64,000 nt of DNA, from the NCBI RefSeq assembly GCF_006345805.1, contig NC_043004.1:43648001-43712000 (forward strand), in the 5' to 3' direction. This document shows, piece by piece, positions 53,442-64,000 of this stretch. Positions within the stretch are counted from its first letter, which is position 1, and the number at the start of each line of letters is the position of its first letter. Below the pieces are notes generated by a model. It worked only from the letters and a program-made list of their open reading frames with translations. It did not search any database and was not told where the DNA came from. The DNA comes from Octopus sinensis. Taxonomy: Eukaryota. The translations under genes were made by a program, and so were the position numbers.

Positions 53442-54384
53442 CTTAGTTATTCTGTAATAATAATACCAATATACTACCCTTATTACTCCATATTTTCACG
53501 GAAAGAAACTGAAATATAGCAGAATCTATCATGCGCACATGATGCATTTCGATCATATTCGTATGGAATTCGACTGGGTAACTTATATTAATGTAATTGC
53601 GTGTCTACATGTTTCTATTAATTTCTGTGTATTAGTATTTTTGATATAATTTATTACTGTGTCGATTCATTCTATTATGAAGCGTCTTGTGTGCGGAGAA
53701 ATCTATATTTGTTGTAACAAAAACAATGTCATGTTAATTTACATGAGCTTGTTGATTTCCGGATTGTGTTCTCATAAATTTTTTATGATAAATATGTCAT
53801 ATTTTAATGATGTGTTTATTGTTAAAGTACATCGATATTTGAGAATTTCAACAGAAACGTTCCTTATTAGTGAACGAATTAATTTCAGGTTTTAAACTCT
53901 AATAGATATATGAAAGTAAACAAAAAATAGAAAATAAAAGCATCGTGCATATATATTAATTCTTTTATTCATTATAATTGTTTAAGATATTTATAAGATA
54001 TTGTGTTAATCACATACTGTAGATGTGTATTTTTATCCTCATAATGGAGCTTAAATTGTATTAAATACCTTTACTAATACTTTAAAAACAATGACATTTG
54101 TATAGTGAAGAAAATGGAGTAAAGAGGATGATATAAGAATGTTGAGAGAACAGCATTCAAAACGTATTTTAGAAACAAAACACATAGAAATACATCCGCT
54201 CAGAATACAAAAAAATTAGAAAGAAGGAGAATATCAAAATATAAATAGATGCTGGTGGGCTGCACATACACACTGACAATCACCCACCCATTTCCACACA
54301 CATACACAAATACACACGCGCACACACACGCACACTGACACACAAAAGCAATCAATTTCATTTACTACTGTTATGATAAAATGT

Positions 54385-54787
54385 TCAAATTGTAAGCCAT
54401 TTTCTTCAATTTATTCCCGACAACGTCAAAGCACACTGCGACAAACTTTGGTTAACAGGTCTGGATAAAGGTTAACAAATGCATCAATAATGAACTGCCT
54501 AAGTTCTTGAATACTTCTTGGCTTCCTCTGACTTACAAACTTAGCTTCCTTGACTTACAAACTATTCGCAAAATTCAAACTTGCGACAGGATCATCCTCC
54601 AGAACTCCGTAAATTAGGCGCGGAATGTAAGGTTTCATATTGAGTTTTCTAAGTATTTTATGTGGTAGTGTTCGTTTGATACCAATTTCTGAACTCGCAC
54701 GGCAACTTGATTTTTTGGGCTCCTTAGATATTCTTGAGCAAACATACCGTACCGTTTTCACCCTAACTGTAGGGTAACTTTTCGGAC

Positions 54788-54793
<6 letters not shown>
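54385..54793 (-). mobile_element. Internally deleted IS630-Tc1-mariner element
   Basis: TA|tagggtgtccgaaaag end; PKKS.CRASSEIGI..TL..KILRKLNMKPYIPRL..G.LEDDP N-terminal segment joined to the C-terminal VCRSV..RC....EENGLQFEH; the DDE domain is absent. Confidence 0.8.
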
Positions 54794-54861
<68 letters not shown>

Positions 54862-54863
<2 letters not shown>

Positions 54864-54915
54864 GGGTGTCCGAAAAGTGACCCTACAGTTAGGGTGAAAA
54901 CGGTACGGTATGTTT
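54862..54915 (+). repeat. 54-bp inverted copy of the mariner end (54740-54793) across (AT)n
   Basis: One mismatch (gggtaactt vs gggtcactt) between the arms. Confidence 0.92.
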
Positions 54916-54963
54916 ATATATATATATATTACGGTAGGTAATATATATATATATATATATATA

Positions 54964-55086
54964 TCGTCCTTTCGGGGTCGATAAATTAAGTACCAGTTAC
55001 GCACTGGGGTCGATGTAATCGACTTAATCCCTTTGTCTGTCCTTGTTTGTCCCCTCTGTGTTTAGCCCCTTGTGGGTAGTAAAGAA

Positions 55087-55088
<2 letters not shown>
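54964..55088 (+). mobile_element. 3' half of SINE family A inserted in (AT)n
   Basis: tcctttcggggtcgataaattaagtaccag...gtaaagaaat. Confidence 0.88.
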
Positions 55089-55158
<70 letters not shown>

Positions 55159-55182
55159 TGTGCGTATGTATGTATGTGTATA

Positions 55183-55224
<42 letters not shown>

Positions 55225-56274
55225 CAATACAAACATGAACAAGCAAGAAAAAACAGCAACGCGAGGATGTAGAATAAGTACAGTGTTATTGGACGCTGAG
55301 GAAAGGAGAGAAAAGCAAGAGGATTTCACGTTTCGAGCGGAGCTCTTCGTCAAAAATATAGATAAGATACAAAGAAGGGAAGACGGAGAAAGAAAATCGC
55401 CAAACATACACAAGCTGTCTATATTCTGGTATACAAATCGTAGTATATATTTACAGCATACTTCAAGAAGAGTTCATTATGGGGACGGATTGTATGCTAC
55501 AGCAAGTAAAATGCATTGCTACAGAAACAAACGAAACGACAGGTGAAAAACGAGGCAATTTTGGGAAAGTCACCTGAGGAGACACATCTATAGCTATAAT
55601 CGATGGCCATGTATTGTACAGCATTTCACCTTGTACAGGTGTATGATAAGACGAAACGCTCATAGTGGTACTGAATAAAGTAGCTGGTGAATTTCATTTT
55701 CCATTTCTAATATTATTCAGCGAGAAATCCATGCATGCATCCATCCATCCATTTATCCATACATCTATCCATCCACCCCTCCATCCATCCTCATATATTT
55801 ACATGCATGCATACATATATACATACACCCACTTACACACACACACACACACTCTCTCTCTCTCTCATTGTGTAAGGTAATGATGGTGTAGAAAGATGGA
55901 GTATCTCCGATGTAGTACAGAAACCGACCTTTCGGCTGCCTACGTGCTTGGAATATATTATTAAGTAATAACGAAATGTTTCTGGTGTAGAAAATCCAGG
56001 TGATACATACGCAAAGCAAACAACTAGATTTAACAAATATTAAAACATAATCCATTGGAAAAAATAGAGCATATTACAGCTTTAATGGCCAGTTACAATC
56101 CTTTCTGTAACAACTCTATGTTAACCCAATACAACAGTTCCATGCAAAAAGATACTTAATAACTGGAATTATCAAAATTTTCACATGGACTGTTTGCGTT
56201 AACTGTGAATTTGGTATAAAAACAATTTTAACTGGTCAGTACAGATGTGATAAAGCTTTTGTCTTATTATTTGC

Positions 56275-56349
<75 letters not shown>

Positions 56350-56356
56350 ATAGATA

Positions 56357-56481
56357 TAAAAGTTTAAATTAATAAGGGTGAAAGATTGAATATTAATTTG
56401 TTTAATATCAATTTAAAACCAGTGGTCTATCATATTGAAAAAATTATATTACATACTTATTAAGTGGGGGGGGGCATCCCC

Positions 56482-56487
<6 letters not shown>
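56357..56487. repeat. Short interspersed fragment embedded in (AT)n, possibly a PLE pLTR remnant
   Basis: 130 bp of non-repetitive sequence between two (AT)n tracts; family assignment by context only. Confidence 0.3.
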
Positions 56488-56528
<41 letters not shown>

Positions 56529-56882
56529 TTAAATAATAAATTGATTTCGTTTTAGAAGGAGGTAAGCGAACCCTTTGTTAGATTGGTCGCGCAAACTTCA
56601 CAGAACTCTTGCTAATACAGGGTGCTCTTGTGGTTATGTAACCAAAGTTTGATCTTCATCGACACTGTGTTCATTCTTTTGTAACAAAGTGAACGTGGCC
56701 GTTTACATATATATATACATACATATATAGAGAGAGAGAAAGGGAGAGAGAGATAAATATACATATATATATACATATATACATATATATATATATACAC
56801 ATACAGACGTATACACGCACGCGAGCGCGTGCAGACACGCTCACACATATATAAAAATATACACACACGCACACATATACCT

Positions 56883-56914
<32 letters not shown>

Positions 56915-56924
56915 GTATAGTAGA

Positions 56925-56997
56925 AAACACACAGTGGAACTGGTCCCTGAACCATGAGGTTTGGAAGCAAATTTCTTACCACACAGCTACGCCTATG
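56925..56997 (-). mobile_element. SINE family C head only
   Basis: Reverse complement: aggcgtagctgtgtggtaagaaatttgcttccaaacctcatggttcagggaccagttccactgtg. Confidence 0.75.
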
Positions 56998-57574
56998 TCT
57001 ATATATATATATATTTGTCTCTCTGCGTACCTGTGTATCTCTGTATAGATTATTGATGTATATGCAGGTATTTAATGGGCGACATGTATTTAATTGAACA
57101 AAGTTTAAAACCACGCTATAAAATATAAATAAATATATTCGTATGAGAGAATAACTTCAGCACAGTTGGATATGACACATCCTTTTATATCAATTGAAAT
57201 AAAGTATTTGATATCCTTATCAATGGTATAGGTGCCGTTGTTTATGCTTAAAATATCCTTCTTAATATTAACAATTATAATAAGTATAAAATAACGTAAA
57301 TTGTAAAATAATTACTAATGTGATGTATAGAACCACAAATAGCAAATTTGAATTCTCATACTAGGACTCCATCTTAATATTTCGAATCAATGATGTATTT
57401 TAGTTGCATTATTAACTTTGTAAACAATGGTACTAGAAATACCAATCGTTACACAGTGTGTCTCTTACTATGATTTATTATATGATACTTAAAATATAAC
57501 AGCTTGGAAATTCTTATTCAGAATATTATATCTGCTGGTAAGTTCCCATTGCACTATTATTCATAAGAAGAGGG

Positions 57575-57795
57575 CGGCGAGCTGGCAGAATTCTTAGCAC
57601 GCCATGTTTAATGCTTACCGGCATTTCGTTCGTCTTTACGTTCTCAGTTCAAATTCTGCTATGAGGGACCTTACCTTTCATCATTTCTTGGTCGGTAAAT
57701 TAAGTATCTAAGAAACACTAGTGCTAGTGCCGATGTAATCGACTAGTTCCCTGCCCCAAAATTTCAGGCCGTGCGCCTTCAGTAGAAAGGATTAT
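57575..57795 (+). mobile_element. SINE family A, variant tail
   Basis: ggcggcgagctggcagaattcttagcacgcc...cctttcatc...agtagaaaggattat. Confidence 0.88.
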
Positions 57796-58477
57796 CATTC
57801 GTAAGACAGTCAGTAGAATAGAGGTTGTACCGATGATATATAGATTGTTCCCATCGAGTATGATTATAGAAGTTATAAAAATGACCACGTTCAACTAATG
57901 AATATTATTGACAAGAATATAATCATTTAATGTATTATGCTAGATTCTACAACAGAATATACTAAATATGTTCTACTAAGTATACTGCTTTCTTAAATAT
58001 TCAGCGTGTATGAGTTGTATATTACACAGGTTAGTGGTATTAAGTTACGAATAATAAATACTAGGAAAATATTCCGATACGTTAGCCCCCTTGCCATTCA
58101 TGTATTCCATTATATATTTTGCAGTAATTTCAACATTTCTGCTTAACTGTATTTGTATTAATGTGAATCATTTACATAACTTTCACTGTGTTCTGTCAAA
58201 TTAAATAGAAAATCATTATTGAATTAAATAAGATATGAAATATAACAATATCTTTCTATTAGTGTAATTATATATTATACTCTAAAACACGATATAATTG
58301 TCTTGCTGTAGACGTCTGCAAAAACAATAAACTTCGTATATCATAGTACTACGATGAATGTCTTACTTGAAAGTCTTTCTAATGGCTTTCAATCGAAACA
58401 ATTGTTTATGGCTCACTAGAAAATATGATGACTTCATTAACACAACGGGTTGTGCTAGAATCATTAAAAAATATTTT

Positions 58478-58578
58478 GGCTGTGTGGTAAGTAGCTTGCT
58501 AACCAACCACATGGTTCCGGGTTCAGTCTCCAGCATGGCCGCAGTTAAATGACTGAAACAGGTAAAAGAGTAAAAGAG
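58478..58578 (+). mobile_element. 100-bp mini-SINE: family C head fused directly to its tail
   Basis: ggctgtgtggtaagtagcttgct...ggttccgggttcagt|ctccagcatggccgcagttaaatgactgaaacaggtaaaagag. Confidence 0.85.
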
Positions 58579-58769
58579 AAAGCATTTATACATAATTCGT
58601 AAAATCAACTCTATTGCTGGTATTCAAATTAGAGCCATGGATTTGAATTTACTTTTCAAGATCATAAAACCCTTGGTATATTATTGTTCCGTGGCGCGTG
58701 AAACAACAATATAACCCTTAATGCCGTGCTGTTGAATCACTGCGTCTTTCCAAGAATATAGAATGACCA

Positions 58770-59095
58770 CGGCTAAGTAGTTAAAGCGTCGAGCCTACGA
58801 TCGTGAGGTTGTGAGTTCGAATCTCGGACCGGGCTCCGTGTTGTGTTCTTGAGTAAGACACTTTATTTCACGATGCTTCAGTTCACTCAGCTGTAGAAAT
58901 GAGTTGCGACGTCACAGATGCAAGCTGTATCTGCTGTTGCCTTTCCCTTGGATAACACTAGTAGCGTGAAGAGTGGAAGCCGGTATGCATGGACGACTGC
59001 TGGTTTTCCATAAACAACCTTGTCCGGGCTTGTGCCTCGGAGGGTAACTTTGTAGGTGCAATCCCATGACAGAGTCATAACCAAAGGGGGTCTCA
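58770..59095 (+). mobile_element. tRNA-derived SINE, family B-like head with a different tail
   Basis: ggctaagtagttaaagcg...gttcgaatctc A/B boxes, ttgtgttcttgagtaagacactt central block. Confidence 0.85.
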
Positions 59096-59367
59096 ACAAT
59101 GAACATTAGTGTGAGCACACCAATATGAGGGTGGTCTTAATTTTGACCTCCTTCAAACGATATTTAAGGCCTTTTCTCGGTAATGAGTAGTTATTGTTTC
59201 CCATATGAAACGATACTTCGGATTTAACAGAAACACGATACCGTCTTTTTTTTATTTCCCCACTTTTTAAAAAAAGTTTTCTAGGAGAAAGAAAGTTTAA
59301 ATAGGATATAAATTCGTGAAATCATAACGGAATCATTTTTCGGTGTATATATTTATCTTGTGGTATA

Positions 59368-59598
59368 TGGCGAGCTGGGAGAAACGTTAGCACGCCGGGC
59401 GAAATGCTTAGCGGTATTTCGTCTGCCGTTACGTTCTGAGTTCAAATTCCACCGATGTCGACTTTGCCTTTCATCTTTCCGGGGTCGATAAATTAAGTAC
59501 CAGTTACGCACTGGAGTCGATGTAATCGACTTAATACCTATGTCTGTCCTTGTTTGTCCTCTCTGTGTTTAGCCCCTTGTGGGTAATAAAGAAATAGG
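59368..59598 (+). mobile_element. SINE family A, full length
   Basis: ggcgagctgggagaaacgttagcacgccgggcgaaatgcttagcgg...taataaagaaatagg. Confidence 0.93.
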
Positions 59599-60064
59599 TA
59601 TATGATAATTTAAGTATTACCGTAAAAAACCTGCAAAGTATAATCAGAAAACTATAACATGACAAGCTACACAAATAAAGCTTATAAAAGTTAAATCAAA
59701 CTACGTCCCACACCATACAATAGGGATATGTATAACAAGGAGAATGGGCGCGCATTTGTGCATGTGAATATATGTGTCTTCCATGAAAGTATCCGTGCCC
59801 ATACGCTTGAATACGCAAACAATTCTCAGTGACTTCACGGTTACTCTCTCCGTAACACCGGTCTACCTTTCTGTTCCAGGCACTAGATGCTATATCTCAC
59901 TATTCTCTTTCAAACAATCTCGGCATTTCTAAATTATGTCATGCAGTGATAGTGAAATATTGCCGTATTGGTATGAGCCCCAAAATATACTATTCATAAT
60001 ATTTATGATGAGATAGAAAAAAAGAGATACATCATATAGATATACATATGTGTGCATGTGTACT

Positions 60065-60125
<61 letters not shown>

Positions 60126-61649
60126 AATCAAACTCATACACGCACACGCACCCACACATATATCAATATATACAAGCATATCTCAACTTACGTCGGTTTT
60201 TGGTATCACTACTAGCGACGTAACTCTAAAAACGACGTGATGCGATAACTATATAGATTTAAATATTATTGAAATTCGTTCAAGAAATACGTCCAGTCGC
60301 TATAAAATGCTTTACTTCTAACATGTGAGTAAACATTAATTAATGTTAATGATAATGTTAAGAATTTTAAAAGAAATCTAAAATTTGAAAGAAGCTAGTT
60401 GATTGGACAGAAGTGGAAACTGGAGTACAAGCAAGAATGAGAGAAATTCCAATTCAAGCCATCGACTTTCGATGTGGAGTAGGACCTAGTTTAACGTGCT
60501 TTGAATGGGTTTATGATTCTTGTCATTAAGGATAACCCCATAAGAATTAGTCCTTATAGAAACAGTAAAACATTCAGTATTAAGATGACTCTACTCGAAA
60601 ATGTGCAGTGATTTCTCCATACACGCAAAAGCATAGTGTTGATGGAGGAGCATAAAATTCTGGTTCCATCTACTGCAACTCCACTTCCATTTCATGAAGC
60701 TCTATAAAATCTTAATATACGAACTGTTGCTTCTCAGCAACAATTAAGGTGTGTAATTCCTCCAAGTCAACACCTTTTTTCGATTCTTTTCAGAACACCA
60801 TCATTTCTTTATTTACATAACAAAATGTCAAAACACTTATTATTGTTATACTGGGGACACTGTTTCTTCCAAACGTCATTATTACAGATTTCTGATACAC
60901 CCAATCATGCTGTGTTGGTGTTAAAAATATCGTACATTTTCCAACACCTGAAAATAGACATAATACACTGTTTTGTATATTGCAGTCGAGAAGCCAGTCA
61001 GAAGATTTTTTTATACGAGAATAATATTAGAATGACACTCATCGACGTTTGCTGTTGGTCAGAAGTGTTGTGTAAAAGAATCTTTTCGCTTCTTTATTGT
61101 TAGAACTAAATATTTGTAAAACCAATCTTACAATATGTCGACCGACACCCGGATCTTGGTATATAATATCCATAAACCTGGTAGTCATGTTTTGTTTTGG
61201 AGATGTTCCTAAATGCTCTTGAATTTTTTTTCCATAATAAATTAAGAAAGTCTTTAACTTGTAGTTTCCTGAGAAATTGCATCCCCATATATTATTGAAA
61301 TAAATTTTGTAGACTTGAAACAAGGCACAGCCCTTCTCGTCTTTAGCTTTGATTCACCAGTCTCATATGTATAGACAATATTGCAGTAACTCGGCCTTTG
61401 CTACGGCGACCACTGATGCATTTCTACGTTGAACTTTTACCTAATGAAAATTGGGTCGTCGATTGAATCATATAAACGAACCTCAACTTGTTTCGAAATA
61501 TTCTGGCAGGTCATCAGTCTCTCTAGTTTTAAGTTCACGACATTGTCTTGAATTTCATACCAAGACAACCAAAATATCATGCTAAGAAAAATAAACTTTC
61601 ATACTGCGACAAATAAAATTAAGAAGAAATGCAAAAAATTCAGTGTAAA

Positions 61650-62050
61650 GTGGGTAAGTAATATTTCATGCATATGTGTTTTATCATGCGGCTGTCTCCA
61701 ACTTGAAAATGGTATGATGCGGCCTTAGTTGACGAAAAGTTATCCATCCCAGTTCTGTGTTCACTCAAAATTATTTGTCTATACTCTAGGAAAGGATCAC
61801 TTCCTTATGTAGTGTGGTTCTCCATCTAAGTAGCATACATTTGTGTCCTAAATAGTTGTGTCCACGACCTGGACATGTTATAGCATAAATTAAATACTCG
61901 GATGCACAAGTGAAGTTTGTCTTTATTGTGAACGTCTTTCCTTGGCTGAATTGGAATGCCGCGCCTTGTAGTAGGTTGGAGCATGTTCCACAGTTTGGAC
62001 GTCCAGATTTTTAACCATTGGTTTCGTGGTTGTTGTGTAAGGTATTGCAT
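61650..62050 (-). pseudogene. PLE GIY-YIG endonuclease remnant (Neptune-like)
   Basis: Minus strand: LIYAITCPGRGHNYLGHKCMLLRWRTTLHKE and EYRQIILSEH. Confidence 0.78.
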
Positions 62051-62223
62051 TTTTCAGCAGTTTTTTCTTCAATTTGGGTTGTTTTTTACTTACCTTTTTA
62101 CATTCAGTGAGTTGGGTTGCTTTTTACTCAAGAACAACATAATTAACGAAACCTGCAAACAATCAGCAGGCAAATACATAAATATCCTAGCGCCAGAAAA
62201 TTTAAAGTTATATCACATTATAG

Positions 62224-62486
62224 TCCATTATAGCTGGCCCAACATCTGAAACCCACCGCCTAAACAACATACTAGGCATCTTATTGAAAACCTTGCTGAA
62301 ATACATCAACGGTTTCATTAGAGACGATCTAGATATGCATAAGCCCCTACGAAAAACAACTAATGAAGAGATATTGTTGGTTTCGTTCGATGTTATTAAT
62401 ATTTACACCAATATCTCACATGACTATGGAATATAATCGATACAATTCTGACTGTAAAAGTATCCCCCAAACTTCCAGAACGCATA
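62224..62486 (+). pseudogene. PLE reverse transcriptase remnant (Neptune-like)
   Basis: SIIAGPTSETHRLNNILGILLK...IRDDLD...LLVSFDVINIYTNISHDYG with later stops. Confidence 0.85.
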
Positions 62487-62531
62487 TGTGTGTTTGCGCA
62501 ATATCGATAACGTTACAGTGAAAATATTTGC

Positions 62532-62587
<56 letters not shown>

Positions 62588-63149
62588 GTTGTTGAGATTT
62601 TCAACGAATTGAATTCCTAATATATAATGTCGGTGGGCCTAGATAGGTAATGCCAAGTTTTCCAGTACAGACAGGAGGCATACCTTTGGAAAATATGAAC
62701 TATGGAAAACATAGTTCGCTCAAAATCAGATCGCAGCGTCCTATTGTAATCGATGGAAGAAGTGAAAAATGTCGAACTGTTATTGGAAGGGCGATAGGGT
62801 AGTTGTCCAAAGTAAATAGGATGCGCATTTTGGGACTCTGGACGCGGGACCTGGAGTGAAGTGCGTACTACTTGTATCTACAAAAACACGTACATATCGC
62901 ATTTCGGTCACCATCTTTTCTTCCTTACGTTTTCGCATATACTTGCAAGCACTCTCAGTCGTCTCTTTTATTTTTATACAAACGCATGCTCACACTTGCA
63001 CACTCAAACTTTCACACATACTTTCATACTCCCTGACCGCTACGTTTTGCTTAACAACTGTATTTCAGACCATATTTGCACACCACTCGCGTACTCATTT
63101 TCATACATACACACGCACCTAGTCGCACCCAAATTTTCTTTCTTGTGTA

Positions 63150-63750
63150 TCTTATACCGCTTTCTCTTCGATCTCCTTTATAAAGGATTTCATTTCCCTA
63201 AGTCATATTTTCCACTACCTGATTGTTCTATCTGTTCAAAACCACACATTCGCACTCAACTCTGTGATTTGTCAATTTTCCTTTCGCAGCAGATTGAAAA
63301 CATTCCCCATTTTGGAATCTCAGCATCTTAAGGTTCTCAGGGCTTTCTCTTTTTCTCCTTTTCCGTTATAAATGATTTGCTATCCGCTGCATGGTTACAG
63401 ATCAATTGGTAATCTTTCTAACTGCAACTCTTCTTTGTTTATTTTTCATCTGCTCCTCACTATCATATGGATAGCCGGAATTTGCACTTGAGCACTACTC
63501 TGGACAGCCATTGCATTTTAGTTATTTATATATTTTTATGATTTTTCTCCAAGTTTTCTCACACTTTTCTCTTATTCTCCTTTCACTTCTCTTTCTCTCT
63601 GAAATCTTTTGTCCATTAATTCAAATTTTTCGTGTTTTCTCTGTTGAGAAATTTTCTTTTACTCTTCCATTCGTTTATACTCTTTTTGTTTTTGTGTTGA
63701 ATTTTGTACGCTCTTCTGGCGCCTCCCTCGTTACTCAGTTACTTTCTTCT
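63150..63750 (-). pseudogene. Possible highly decayed R4/Dong-type LINE remnant
   Basis: Minus strand fragments ALRT and KIDKSQS*.RMCG resemble the pre-endonuclease zinc knuckle; otherwise heavily eroded. Confidence 0.35.
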
Positions 63751-64000
63751 TTCTCAGATCTTCTTTCTTTTCTGGTGTTTTATTCTTTCCTCTTTTACTT
63801 CTCTTGTTTCAGAAGTCTCTTTTATATTTGAGCACCTGACACCCATAACCGTACATACACTTCTATCTATTATACACTGATACTTCACGTCTTACATTTA
63901 ACCACACAATCCCGCCCATTAAAACCTACTTAATCCCACGATTTCCTCGCACACTTTTAATGATTAGACATGCACAAATATCACTGTCCAGTAAACCAGA

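Noticed and set aside
55290-56070. Moderately GC-balanced non-microsatellite sequence with a 167-aa ORF
   Set aside because: The ORF starts in a SINE and microsatellite; I could not assign the remainder to any family.
58350-58410. CGAAAC AATT GTT with an upstream ttgaaag/ctttcaa hairpin, resembling the long-stem-II hammerheads
   Set aside because: The CUGANGA core and stem I are missing; at best a decayed relic.
60400-61330. Cluster of 60-95 aa ORFs suggesting a decayed transposase
   Set aside because: No diagnostic motif or terminal repeat could be identified.

Overview
Eukaryotic, very AT-rich, microsatellite-laden DNA. The SINE families and repeat style point to an octopus genome (inference from recognised repeat families, not a database result). 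No host protein-coding gene, rRNA, true tRNA or CRISPR array can be called with confidence, and nearly all short ORFs in the track are translations of microsatellites. The window is dominated by transposable elements. The centrepiece (11051-16315) is a near-intact Penelope-like element (PLE): an RT plus C-terminal GIY-YIG ORF of about 904 aa broken by one 1-nt frameshift, with two large in-frame Ser/Asn/Gly-rich expansions. It is inserted in (AT)n, has direct and inverted pseudo-LTRs, three copies of a hammerhead ribozyme with an unusually long stem II, and a candidate 5' UTR intron. Two further orphan hammerheads of the same architecture (10.2 kb, 31.4 kb) show covariation of a palindromic stem III. 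The remainder comprises decayed PLEs of other types, L1/Tx1, R4/Dong, CR1-like and RTE LINE remnants, Tc1/mariner elements, a MITE, about 18 tRNA-derived SINE copies, one CpG-rich island (42.55-42.76 kb) and a few weak minus-strand micro-exon candidates. Coordinates of decayed elements are approximate.
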